Position numbers and translations under genes: made by a program. A DNA stretch of 64,000 bases from Candidatus Gottesmanbacteria bacterium (GTDB lineage Bacteria > Patescibacteriota > Microgenomatia > UBA10105 > UBA927), in the NCBI GenBank assembly GCA_963714095.1, contig OY970230.1, positions 198,206-262,205 on the forward strand. Reading direction: 5' to 3'. Positions 49,955 to 58,872 of the stretch are shown here, one piece after another (the stretch's first letter is position 1; the number at the start of each line of letters is the position of its first letter). Under the pieces are notes generated by a model, which was not told the DNA's origin, did not search any database, and saw only the letters and a list, made by a program, of their open reading frames with translations.

Positions 49955-50784
49955 ACTGCTTCCAAATCCTTTAATGCTTTATCAAACTCCTTTTCCGTCG
50001 GAGCTTTATACTGGGACGAAACTGTGCCTATATACCTGGCTACACCCCCAAGACCTTTTATCGTATGAGCGATAATTACCGATGGCTTTCCGTTTCGGAA
50101 TGGAAGAGTTCTAAACGTTTGGATAACTTTCTTAATATTATGCCCGTCTACCTCCGCGACTTCCCAATCAAAACTTTGCCATTTTTCTTTCAACGGTTCC
50201 AGATCTAACACATCTTTGGTGAATCCGAAGCCCTGCAGCTTATTATAATCGACGATAGCAATAAGGTTATCCAGCTTATGATATCCGGCAAACAATATAG
50301 CTTCCCATGTAGAACCTTCATCACATTCACCGTCGGACAGTACAGCGAATACTCGATAAGCCTTTTTATCCTGTTTCCCTACCCACGCCATTCCTGCAGC
50401 CATGGGTAACCCGTGGCCCAGAGAACCGGACGAAATTTCAATACCCGCGATACCTCGTACCGAATGTCCCGGCAATAATCCGCCGTCATGCTCATAGCCT
50501 TTCAACAGTTTTTTATCAAAGAAGCCACGTTCTGCAAGTACGGCATACAGAGCTTTAGCGTCATGCGCTTTGCTGAATACCAGCCTGTCCCGACGTGGAT
50601 TCACCGGATCGCCGGGATATACCTTCATTATCCGAAAATACAACGCTACCAAAATTTCCACACACGATAGCGCGCCGCCCGTATGTGCACTCTGAGCCAG
50701 ATAGCTCATCGTCAGAATATCCCGACGGATATCTCTTGCAATAGTTTCTAACGTTTTTCTTTTACTACGGGTAATTGTTCTCAT
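49951..50784 (-). CDS. Transketolase, N-terminal (ThDP-binding) subunit
   Basis: SAHTGGALSCVEIL...GSLGHGL...SDGECDEG is the ThDP/PP-domain motif. First ATG is used. The track ORF starts at TTG (50796). Confidence 0.8.
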   Translation of the reverse strand: MRTITRSKRKTLETIARDIRRDILTMSYLAQSAHTGGALSCVEILVALYFRIMKVYPGDPVNPRRDRLVFSKAHDAKALYAVLAERGFFDKKLLKGYEHDGGLLPGHSVRGIAGIEISSGSLGHGLPMAAGMAWVGKQDKKAYRVFAVLSDGECDEGSTWEAILFAGYHKLDNLIAIVDYNKLQGFGFTKDVLDLEPLKEKWQSFDWEVAEVDGHNIKKVIQTFRTLPFRNGKPSVIIAHTIKGLGGVARYIGTVSSQYKAPTEKEFDKALKDLEAV

Positions 50785-50921
50785 CTTCAGTATCAATATA
50801 ATAATTATTTATCGTTTTACGCATGATCAACCTCACTATACTTTTTTAAACCCTGCATTCGTTTCAGAAACATTTTCCTCTTCGTTCTATCAGGGGATGC
50901 ACGCTTCTCTGCTTTTCTTCG

Positions 50922-52034
50922 TTACCGATATCGAATAAGTTTTGTGAGCTTCTCACAAATGAATGCAACGTCCGATTCTGTTATATCGGCGGCAGACGGC
51001 AGGTTGAATCCATATTTCTCTACTTTTGCGGCTTCAGGATTAGGGAATCGGCGCTCGTACATGGGAAATCCGCTCATCCGGGGAAACGCGACCCTTCCAT
51101 GAATATTCCATCGTTCCAATTTACTTACCAAATCCTTATTGGATATTTTTTTTGAAGTGAGTAAAGCGGAGGGATATGCGTAATTACTGCGGCATCCGGG
51201 CCTTTCTTTAATGAGTTTTAATTCATGTACATCTTTCAGCCGTGAGTAATACCAGCCGAATATTCTCCGTTTTTTTGCAACGAGTTCTTCTATGCGCTCG
51301 ACCTGAGCAAGCGCCAGGGCTGCTGTCACATTTGCCATTTGATATTCATATCCCAGTGAATCACACCAAAAATTGAATTTCCTATTCGTTCTGCCCATGT
51401 TACTGAAAAGAATAGCTTTATCAAGGTATGCCTTATTATTTGTAATAAACATCCCGCCTTCACCAGAAACGGCGATTTTTGCCCCATGAAATGAATAGGC
51501 GCCGACGTCACCGAACGTGCCCACTTTCTTTCCTTTATATAAGGAGCCGAGCGAAGGAGCCGCATCTTCAATAACTTTAAGTTTATACTTTCCGGCAATT
51601 CGCATTATTTCATCCATTTCCGCCGGATGCCCGAAGGTATGAACGAGCATAATACCTTTCGTCTTTTTTGTAATTGCGCGTTCTACGGCTTTGGGATCAA
51701 TACACCATGTATCAGGATCAATATCAACAAATACAGGAGTTGCACCCGTATATGCGATCACGTGAGCGGTTGCGGCCCAACTGGTATCCACACATATTAC
51801 CTCGTCACCTTTTTGAAAACCGCAGACCAAACATGCAAGATGGAGTGAATGTGTTGCACAAAAACCGGCTAAAGAATACTTCGCACCGGTATAGTCACAC
51901 ATACGTTTTTCTAGTTTCTTTATATGCTTGTCAAATGTTGAGTACCACCCTGTCTTAACAGCATCGACAACATAATCAACTTCTTTTTGAGTCATCGATG
52001 GACCTGCAAAACTAATCCTTTTATATTTTTTCAT
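50922..52034 (-). CDS. DegT/DnrJ/EryC1-family PLP-dependent sugar aminotransferase
   Basis: Catalytic Lys is retained (YSFHGAKIAVSGEGG). Confidence 0.75.
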   Translation of the reverse strand: MKKYKRISFAGPSMTQKEVDYVVDAVKTGWYSTFDKHIKKLEKRMCDYTGAKYSLAGFCATHSLHLACLVCGFQKGDEVICVDTSWAATAHVIAYTGATPVFVDIDPDTWCIDPKAVERAITKKTKGIMLVHTFGHPAEMDEIMRIAGKYKLKVIEDAAPSLGSLYKGKKVGTFGDVGAYSFHGAKIAVSGEGGMFITNNKAYLDKAILFSNMGRTNRKFNFWCDSLGYEYQMANVTAALALAQVERIEELVAKKRRIFGWYYSRLKDVHELKLIKERPGCRSNYAYPSALLTSKKISNKDLVSKLERWNIHGRVAFPRMSGFPMYERRFPNPEAAKVEKYGFNLPSAADITESDVAFICEKLTKLIRYR

Positions 52035-52719
52035 ACGGTAATTTCATAACTACACTATATCGTTTTATTGTTCCTTTATAACCTTTGGGTGCATTTTGCC
52101 ATTCAATTCTATCAGATTTAACAATCCTGATCATGGGCGTCCGTTTCACTTCAGTAAAATCAAGCTTTCGGTAAAGGCGAATGGCTCTTATATTATCAGA
52201 CGTTGTAGACAGCATATACGTTTTAATTCCAAATTCAACCCTGCCCCAACATATCATATGACGTATCGCATCTTCTATAATTCCGGGGTATAAATTCACA
52301 CCACGCACAATATTATCTATTTCGCAGATACGTTTTTGAAAATTAAAACGATACAAGCCGATATGACCGATGTACCGGTTTTTTACTTTTATCATAAATA
52401 AAATCCTGTCGGGTTCATTCACAACTTTATCGCGCAACCATTTTTCGGTTCCTTCCAAGGTAACCGGGAATATTGCAGGAAACCATTGCTCATGCTTTTT
52501 TCTCCATAACGCGAGTAGTTTAATAATTTTTTTATCAGTTCTCTGGTTGTCCGTAACGAGAACTAAATAATAACGAATTTTTCTAAAAATTATTTTAATT
52601 TGTAATTTTTTTCCGTGTTTAAGCAATGAAATTTTGTCTTTCACCAAACTGCTGATATCTCGCTCCGTTAATTTCATAATCAACCTAATGCTCTGTCTTT
52701 TATTCTTTCGATATATCAA
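52021..52719 (-). CDS. GNAT-family N-acetyltransferase (putative amino-sugar N-acetyltransferase)
   Basis: C-terminal GNAT-like block (IGHIGLYRF...YMLSTTSDNIRAIRLYRKLDF). Weak. Confidence 0.45.
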   Translation of the reverse strand: MIYRKNKRQSIRLIMKLTERDISSLVKDKISLLKHGKKLQIKIIFRKIRYYLVLVTDNQRTDKKIIKLLALWRKKHEQWFPAIFPVTLEGTEKWLRDKVVNEPDRILFMIKVKNRYIGHIGLYRFNFQKRICEIDNIVRGVNLYPGIIEDAIRHMICWGRVEFGIKTYMLSTTSDNIRAIRLYRKLDFTEVKRTPMIRIVKSDRIEWQNAPKGYKGTIKRYSVVMKLPYEKI

Positions 52720-52723
52720 CTAA

Positions 52724-53686
52724 TTATTTCAAGATAGAATTATACCAGCGGCGGATTAAAGGAAGTGTGTTTTTAATCGAATATGTAGGTCTCCATCCCA
52801 GATTGATAATCTTCCCTGCATTCAAATGCTGGTACGGAATTTCGTTCTTCGCCGAGTTTTCTATAACATACGGTATTTTTCTTTTTAGTATCCTTTCTGT
52901 TTGCCTGATGAGAGCTATCACTGAACACGAGTCGCTGGAGGATAAATTAAATGCCTCCCCATTAGTTTTATCTCTATGTTCAAGAAGGAACAAATAGCCG
53001 GATACTACATCTTCAACGTAAATATAGTCCCGGACATATGAACCGTCACTTCGAATAACCAATTTTTCTTTCGTGACAACTGCTTTCATTATTCCCGGAA
53101 TAATCCGTGAAAAATTCAGATCACCTTCTCCGTAAATATTTCCTGCCCGTGTAACGACGATAGGCAAATGGTATGTTTTTGCGTATGCGTGTGCGAGAAG
53201 ATCCGTTGCCGATTTAGAAACCTCATATGGATGGTCGCCTCTCAAAGGATCCGTCTCGATATAGGGTTTCCTGCTTTTTCCGTAGCTTTTATCAGACGAT
53301 GCAACAATGACTCCTTTCACATGAGTAAAAAGTCGTGCCGCATCGAGAATATAGGTGGTACCCATGATATTAGTTTCAATTGTTTCCACGGGATTTTCGT
53401 AGGCAGTAGGCACTATTGCCTGAGCGGCTAAGTGGAAAATATAGTCAATTTCATATTTTGACACGATATCAAAAACCCGATCTTTATCTTTAAGGTCACA
53501 TGAAACAAGAACGGTATTTTTTGATAACCGTTCGGTCATGAAATATGAACGGGGGTCTAATGATCGAAACGGCACAAATACCGTTGCATGCCTCCCTAGT
53601 AAGGCTTTCACAAGATGACTTCCAACAAACCCCGTTCCGCCTGTGACCAGAATGTTCTTTCCTGTTAATCTTTCCATATTTTCCAT
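52724..53686 (-). CDS. ddhB: CDP-glucose 4,6-dehydratase-like (DdhB/RfbG-like) extended SDR
   Basis: LTGKNILVTGGTGFVGSHL...YENPVETIETNIMGTTYILDAAR, compared with the RfbG pattern EPVETYSTNVMGT. Confidence 0.7.
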   Translation of the reverse strand: MENMERLTGKNILVTGGTGFVGSHLVKALLGRHATVFVPFRSLDPRSYFMTERLSKNTVLVSCDLKDKDRVFDIVSKYEIDYIFHLAAQAIVPTAYENPVETIETNIMGTTYILDAARLFTHVKGVIVASSDKSYGKSRKPYIETDPLRGDHPYEVSKSATDLLAHAYAKTYHLPIVVTRAGNIYGEGDLNFSRIIPGIMKAVVTKEKLVIRSDGSYVRDYIYVEDVVSGYLFLLEHRDKTNGEAFNLSSSDSCSVIALIRQTERILKRKIPYVIENSAKNEIPYQHLNAGKIINLGWRPTYSIKNTLPLIRRWYNSILK

Positions 53687-54441
53687 TCAGGATTCCGTTT
53701 CCATAATGTATTAAGACGTTCCAAATCCGCATATGTATCCATCGATTGCCAAAAACCTTTATGGACAAAAAGAGATAGCTCCCGGTCTTTAACAAGCCTT
53801 TTTAGTGCCTCATGTTCATATTCAGCCGGCCGCAGATAATTAAAAAACTTTTTATCAAATACCATAAATCCGCCGTTTACCCAATCCTGTAAAACAGGTT
53901 TTTCGACAAACTCCGTTACCCTGTGTTTAACATTTTGCCGGACCATTCCGTATTTACTTTTCGGATACACGCCAGTTATGGTACCGATTGTTTTTTGTTT
54001 TCTGTGAAACTGAACTAATTGCCGGATATTGATATTAGACACACCGTCCCCGTACGTAACCATAAAATCTTTATCAGTTTTCGGGATATAATCTTTTACA
54101 CGTATTATTCTTTCACCCGGAAGTGTCCCCTCTCCCGTATCTACAAAGGTAATTTTGAAATTATCGGCGGCAGATGGGTTTTTATGAAAAATCGCTGAGC
54201 CGGATTTTGTGGATAACGTAAAATTTTGTGAAAAATATTTTTGATTTAAAAAATACTCCTTAATCATATCCCCCTTATACCCGAGGGCAATGATAAAATC
54301 ATTAAACCCGTAGTACGCATACATTTTCATGATATGCCACAGGATTGGTTTATTGCCGACCAACACCATGGGTTTTGGTTTAAACTCTGTTTCCTCCTTT
54401 AATCTGTATCCTATACCGCCACATAAAATAATCGTCTTCAT
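53665..54441 (-). CDS. ddhA: Glucose-1-phosphate cytidylyltransferase
   Basis: MKTIILCGGIGYRLKEETEFKPKPMVLVGNKPILWHIMKMYAYYGFNDFIIALGYKG closely follows the RfbF/DdhA pattern (257-aa class). Confidence 0.85.
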   Translation of the reverse strand: MKTIILCGGIGYRLKEETEFKPKPMVLVGNKPILWHIMKMYAYYGFNDFIIALGYKGDMIKEYFLNQKYFSQNFTLSTKSGSAIFHKNPSAADNFKITFVDTGEGTLPGERIIRVKDYIPKTDKDFMVTYGDGVSNINIRQLVQFHRKQKTIGTITGVYPKSKYGMVRQNVKHRVTEFVEKPVLQDWVNGGFMVFDKKFFNYLRPAEYEHEALKRLVKDRELSLFVHKGFWQSMDTYADLERLNTLWKRNPEWKIWKD

Positions 54442-54453
54442 ATTTAGTGGCCT

Positions 54454-54482
54454 ATTATAACATTTATTGTCTTTTCGAAAAG
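54454..54482 (-). promoter_or_regulatory. Candidate internal promoter upstream of ddhA, with a perfect 12-bp palindrome
   Basis: The minus strand reads cttttcgaaaag (perfect palindrome, 54471..54482), then 16 nt, then TATAAT (54459..54454), 12 nt before the ddhA ATG. Confidence 0.2.
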
Positions 54483-54498
54483 TTTTACCGGGGCAGTT

Positions 54499-55608
54499 TT
54501 AGATGTGTATTGCTTTATTTAATAAATGGAGACTTTGTTTAACGGCATCTGTCCAACGCAGGTTGGCTACCCACTTTCTGGCGTTTATTTGATATTCTTT
54601 ATAGTGTAATTTGTCTCTATATAATTTCACCGCCTCCCGTGCCATTTCTCGGGGCGAGCAGCTTTCGATAACCATCCCTGTTTTTCCATGAATGACAACG
54701 TCCCTCAATCCGGGAACGTTATAAACAATTGCAGGTGTGCCTACGGACGCAGCCTCAAGAACAACAAGTCCCCACCCCTCTTTCACAGATGCGTGAAGAA
54801 GAAGGTGTGCCCGTGCCATACGGTTATATTTTTCTTTTTCAGAAACGTTTCCAAAAAAGATTACCCGTTCTTTTATACCGTATTCCGTTATCATTCTTTT
54901 CAATTCATCGATATACTCAGGCTCACCGCCTCCGATAATCCATAACACTGCATCCGTCTGTTCACGCACAATAAACGAAAACGCTTTAATAACCTCCTCG
55001 ATACCCTTCATACGGACGACACGGGATACAAACAGGTATGTAGGATGTATTTCTTTATTTTTCGAGGTTATATGAAACCGGCCGTGTACGGTAATCGGAC
55101 AGGGAATATTTACGCATTGTGATCGGGGAATACCGCGGGATACCAGTTCATCAATCGTCGACGGCGCATCCGTCCAAAAATAACAGTGACGATACAATCG
55201 GAAACACCATCGTTCCAGAAATTTTCCGATGACGTTTTTGGGAAACGAAAACATATAATCCCATATTTCTCCTGCTATCTCATGAATAAAAACGACGACC
55301 GGTTTCCCAGTGAAGAGCGTAGAAAAAAAAGGAAATCCGTGCACCTCGTCGACAATGATATCAAAAGCATTCCTGTGAGTAAGCAAGTAAAATGGGACGT
55401 ACAGATATATTGTGAGTGAGCCCGCCCGCCGGATAAAACGGACACTCTGAACCGTTTCTTCTTTTTTAGCACCGGAATATGCGGCAGTGAGCCATGTCAC
55501 ATCATTCCCCGCTGCCACCCACCCCTTTGCATGCTCAAAGGTCACTACTTCGGCCCCTCCGGATTTCGGATGACGAACATCACGCCAATTAAGTATTAAT
55601 ATGCGCAT
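54499..55608 (-). CDS. Glycosyltransferase family 4
   Basis: HASVKEGWGLVVLEAASVGTPAIV is the C-domain motif. Confidence 0.75.
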   Translation of the reverse strand: MRILILNWRDVRHPKSGGAEVVTFEHAKGWVAAGNDVTWLTAAYSGAKKEETVQSVRFIRRAGSLTIYLYVPFYLLTHRNAFDIIVDEVHGFPFFSTLFTGKPVVVFIHEIAGEIWDYMFSFPKNVIGKFLERWCFRLYRHCYFWTDAPSTIDELVSRGIPRSQCVNIPCPITVHGRFHITSKNKEIHPTYLFVSRVVRMKGIEEVIKAFSFIVREQTDAVLWIIGGGEPEYIDELKRMITEYGIKERVIFFGNVSEKEKYNRMARAHLLLHASVKEGWGLVVLEAASVGTPAIVYNVPGLRDVVIHGKTGMVIESCSPREMAREAVKLYRDKLHYKEYQINARKWVANLRWTDAVKQSLHLLNKAIHI

Positions 55609-55616
55609 AATTCTTC

Positions 55617-56807
55617 CTATTTATGTCCGGCAGTAAATACCTTTATGATTGTTTGGATTTCTCCAGTCGTCAGTTCCGGATTATTGCCAAAATATAATCC
55701 TTGTTCATGTATGAGCTTCACGTTGACGCATTCGCGGAAATTACCCTTCACGTATTTGGTAAAAAACGGTTGTTCTGTCATATCGCCGCCGACAACCGGC
55801 CTGATTTCAATCCTGTTACCGCAGGCCTTTACTAACGAATCCCGGATTGCGGTTGATTTGCATATAACGGGCACGGCAAAATTTGAAATTGTATCCATGT
55901 GATCATATCGTATAGGATAGTAATCCGGCGACTGATAAATTCTTCCGGCAATTTTTTTAAAATTATTCTGCCGTTTCTTAATTATTTCAGGGAGAAATTT
56001 AATTTGAATTTGTCCTAGATACCCGGTAATTTCCGTCGGACGGAAATTATACCCTAAATCATAGAACGTATACCGCCCATAAAACGACGGGTTTGCAAGA
56101 AATTTTCTCCGGGCCGTCTGTTCCGGAACTGACAGATTTCTATCCCAACCGTGAGCCCGCACCATGATGAGCATACTCGCGAGATCACTGTTATCTGTAC
56201 AAACCGCACCTCCTTCGACTGTTGACATGTGGTGTCCAACGTAAAACGAAAATGTACCTGCCTCTCCGAAATTACCGAGTTTTTTGGCATGATAAACAGA
56301 TCCCAGAGATTCACAGTTGTCTTCTACGAACAGCATGCCGCGTTTATTGCAGAGATCCATAACTTTATCAATATCGTCACATAATCCGAGAAGGTTTGTA
56401 AGGAGAAGTGCTTTTAGTTTATACCTAGCTAATGTGTTTAACAGGGTTCTACTGGATACATTCAGGGTGTCTAGTTCCACGTCAACTGGTACCGGCTTCA
56501 GACCCAACTGAATAAGCGGCATAACGTTGGTAGACCATGTGACGGCGGAAAATCCGACCATGTCTCCTTTGTGAATTTTACCTAGATTAAGAAGGGCCTG
56601 AATAAGCGCTAAATTTGCGGAACTGCCGCTGTTGAGCAATACACAGTATTTTTTCCCCTGCCAGAAAGCAAATTGTTTCTCAAATGCTTCGCACTCCTTA
56701 CCGAAACTTAACTGTTTGGCGACCAATAAAAATTGGATCAGCTTCCGTTTTGTTTCGTTTTCTTTATAAAATGTCGATTTTATAAGTGTAATCATGTTAA
56801 TGAACAA
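55617..56807 (-). CDS. DegT-family sugar 3-dehydratase-like enzyme (ColD/E1-type active-site His, no Fe-S motif)
   Basis: The NSGSSANLALI block is paralogous to ddhC. The active-site position is His (FSFYVGHHMSTVEGG). The Cys cluster is absent. Confidence 0.65.
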   Translation of the reverse strand: MFINMITLIKSTFYKENETKRKLIQFLLVAKQLSFGKECEAFEKQFAFWQGKKYCVLLNSGSSANLALIQALLNLGKIHKGDMVGFSAVTWSTNVMPLIQLGLKPVPVDVELDTLNVSSRTLLNTLARYKLKALLLTNLLGLCDDIDKVMDLCNKRGMLFVEDNCESLGSVYHAKKLGNFGEAGTFSFYVGHHMSTVEGGAVCTDNSDLASMLIMVRAHGWDRNLSVPEQTARRKFLANPSFYGRYTFYDLGYNFRPTEITGYLGQIQIKFLPEIIKKRQNNFKKIAGRIYQSPDYYPIRYDHMDTISNFAVPVICKSTAIRDSLVKACGNRIEIRPVVGGDMTEQPFFTKYVKGNFRECVNVKLIHEQGLYFGNNPELTTGEIQTIIKVFTAGHK

Positions 56808-56823
56808 AATTGCGCGTCGTAAA

Positions 56824-57615
56824 TTACCCTATGTTTATGCGGAAATTCAATTCCGGATCAAACCGCCACTTTCGTTTGCTTGCATCATCATAATAATGAA
56901 GAATACGCAAACGATAAAATACTGCAAGAGTATCATTCAGCGTATTGTAAATGACCGGCAGAAATTTTCTCCAGGAAATGCTCGATTTTGCGGAAAATAA
57001 ATTAATTTCTATCGGCGCTTCATATATTTTTCTGTATCCTAAATAATATGCCACGGCAAGTATTTCAATATCGAAGGCAAATTGTTTTACGAGGAGTCTC
57101 GGAAGAACATCTTCTAGAAGCTTTCGCCTGTATATTTTCATCCCCACCTGCGTATCACGCACATTTAGTCCGAATAATATTCTCGTAATTTGTTGATATA
57201 CCCACGAAATAATTTTTCGTATATACGGATACTCTACTTTTGAATCCGGGTGGCGTTTACTTCCGATAATTGCATCCGCATGTTGAAACTCAAATTCTGC
57301 AAGCATGAGAGGAAGTGCTTCCGGCTTAAGATCTCCCCCCGCATCCATAAAACCGACAACATCTCCTTTTGCCTGAGAAAAACCGAATCGCACTGCATAT
57401 CCCTTTCCGTGATTGGTTTGATAACCTGTTATATGAACCCGAGAATCATGTATTGTTTTAATTTCTTCTGTGCTCTTATCCAATTTTCCGTCAATGACCG
57501 GAATAATCTCAAAATCTCTATGCATCTTTGATAATACGTTGATGATATCCGTGATATCACGTTTAATTGTTTTTTCCTGTTTATAGACCGGAATAATAAG
57601 ACTAAATTTTTTCAT
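56824..57615 (-). CDS. Glycosyltransferase family 2
   Basis: FSLIIPVYKQEKT...VIDGKLDKS...DAGGD. Confidence 0.75.
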   Translation of the reverse strand: MKKFSLIIPVYKQEKTIKRDITDIINVLSKMHRDFEIIPVIDGKLDKSTEEIKTIHDSRVHITGYQTNHGKGYAVRFGFSQAKGDVVGFMDAGGDLKPEALPLMLAEFEFQHADAIIGSKRHPDSKVEYPYIRKIISWVYQQITRILFGLNVRDTQVGMKIYRRKLLEDVLPRLLVKQFAFDIEILAVAYYLGYRKIYEAPIEINLFSAKSSISWRKFLPVIYNTLNDTLAVFYRLRILHYYDDASKRKWRFDPELNFRINIG

Positions 57616-58858
57616 GGGATCCTAAAAGATAATATCCTCCGGCAATTATATCGTAAAGCATACATACGCTGATATTAATATAAATAACTCCGATTATACT
57701 CGAATGGAACATACTTATACCGATAATCTGCACGACCGCCGCTCCCATAGAAAATAACCAAATATGCAGTTTTCCAACGGCCAGACATGACATTGCGATG
57801 ATGTTGGCCACGGAAAACAGGCCCAGGAAAATCCCGAACAGCCCCAGCATTGCCCCTGCCCCGGCATATGCGTTTCCAAAAAGCATACCTACGATAAAGT
57901 TCGGGAACACAAAATAAAGAATGGTTATGGCAACCGATATTGCTCCAACTATTCCGACGGCAGAAAAAATAAGTTTTTTTGTTTTGGAGCCCGTGGCTAC
58001 CCGCTCAGAAGCAATCGGAAAAAGCACTATTGGAACAGCCGATGACGCGTAAAATATAATTTTTCCGAGAATCGCCAGCGCGGCATACAATCCTGCGTCA
58101 TGCGCACTGAAAAAATGTCTGACGAGTATGATATCCGTTGAGTAAAGTGATGTAATACCAAGCTGCATGAGAAGCGTTGGTACTGCAAAGGCAAACATAT
58201 CACGGCCTTTAAGTTTTGTTGGCCGCGCCTTTACCGACAACACGAATCGAAGCGGAATAAAATACAAAGCGTAAACAATAATACTCGCCAGTACCGCAGC
58301 CAACATCACTCCCGGGACTCCCCACGCGACCAAAGGAATACTCACCAAAAGTTTTACAAGGATGGCAAGAGCTCCCATAACGCCCACCCAAATAAATTTT
58401 TGATATCCGTTCAGCATGCCTGCTGTTGCAACTGTTACCAGTGAAACAACGAACAATGCATAGAGGAGCATAATCAATACTGAAGACGATAAATGAAGAA
58501 ATGATGTTATATACGGTCCTGTTATGAGAATAATCGGCACACCAACCACGGTGACTATCACAAATACTTTCGTTGCTTCAATGAAGAGCGATTTCGCCTG
58601 TCCGACTTCGCCATGTGCTTTAAAACCTGAAACAAATTTCACGATCACGGTTTGCGCAACCGTCAGCGGCACGGTAAATATATAGAGGAGCGATAAAAGA
58701 GAAGCTAATGCGCCATAGCCGGACGGACCAAGAAGTCTTCCCATTATCAGGTGATACAGGTACGAAAGCACATTGGCGCTCATGGTCCCGACAAAGACGA
58801 TAGCGCTGCTCCGTGCTAATTTATTTGAGGTAAACTTCTGTATAAATCCTTTATTCAT
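57602..58858 (-). CDS. wzx: Polysaccharide flippase (Wzx / MOP-superfamily PST)
   Basis: 418 aa with about 12 TM segments. The N-terminus (KLARSSAIVFVGTMSANVLSYLYHLIMGRLLGPSGYG) is typical of Wzx/RfbX. Confidence 0.7.
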   Translation of the reverse strand: MNKGFIQKFTSNKLARSSAIVFVGTMSANVLSYLYHLIMGRLLGPSGYGALASLLSLLYIFTVPLTVAQTVIVKFVSGFKAHGEVGQAKSLFIEATKVFVIVTVVGVPIILITGPYITSFLHLSSSVLIMLLYALFVVSLVTVATAGMLNGYQKFIWVGVMGALAILVKLLVSIPLVAWGVPGVMLAAVLASIIVYALYFIPLRFVLSVKARPTKLKGRDMFAFAVPTLLMQLGITSLYSTDIILVRHFFSAHDAGLYAALAILGKIIFYASSAVPIVLFPIASERVATGSKTKKLIFSAVGIVGAISVAITILYFVFPNFIVGMLFGNAYAGAGAMLGLFGIFLGLFSVANIIAMSCLAVGKLHIWLFSMGAAVVQIIGISMFHSSIIGVIYINISVCMLYDIIAGGYYLLGSHEKI

Positions 58859-58872
58859 ACGTTATCGCGTAT

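Noticed and set aside
50785-50921. Rho-independent terminator between the aminotransferase and the transketolase N-subunit
   Set aside because: Only 3-bp potential stems and no GC-rich hairpin followed by a U-tract on the coding strand. A weak TTGATC-N17-TAATTA promoter-like pair is present but unconvincing.
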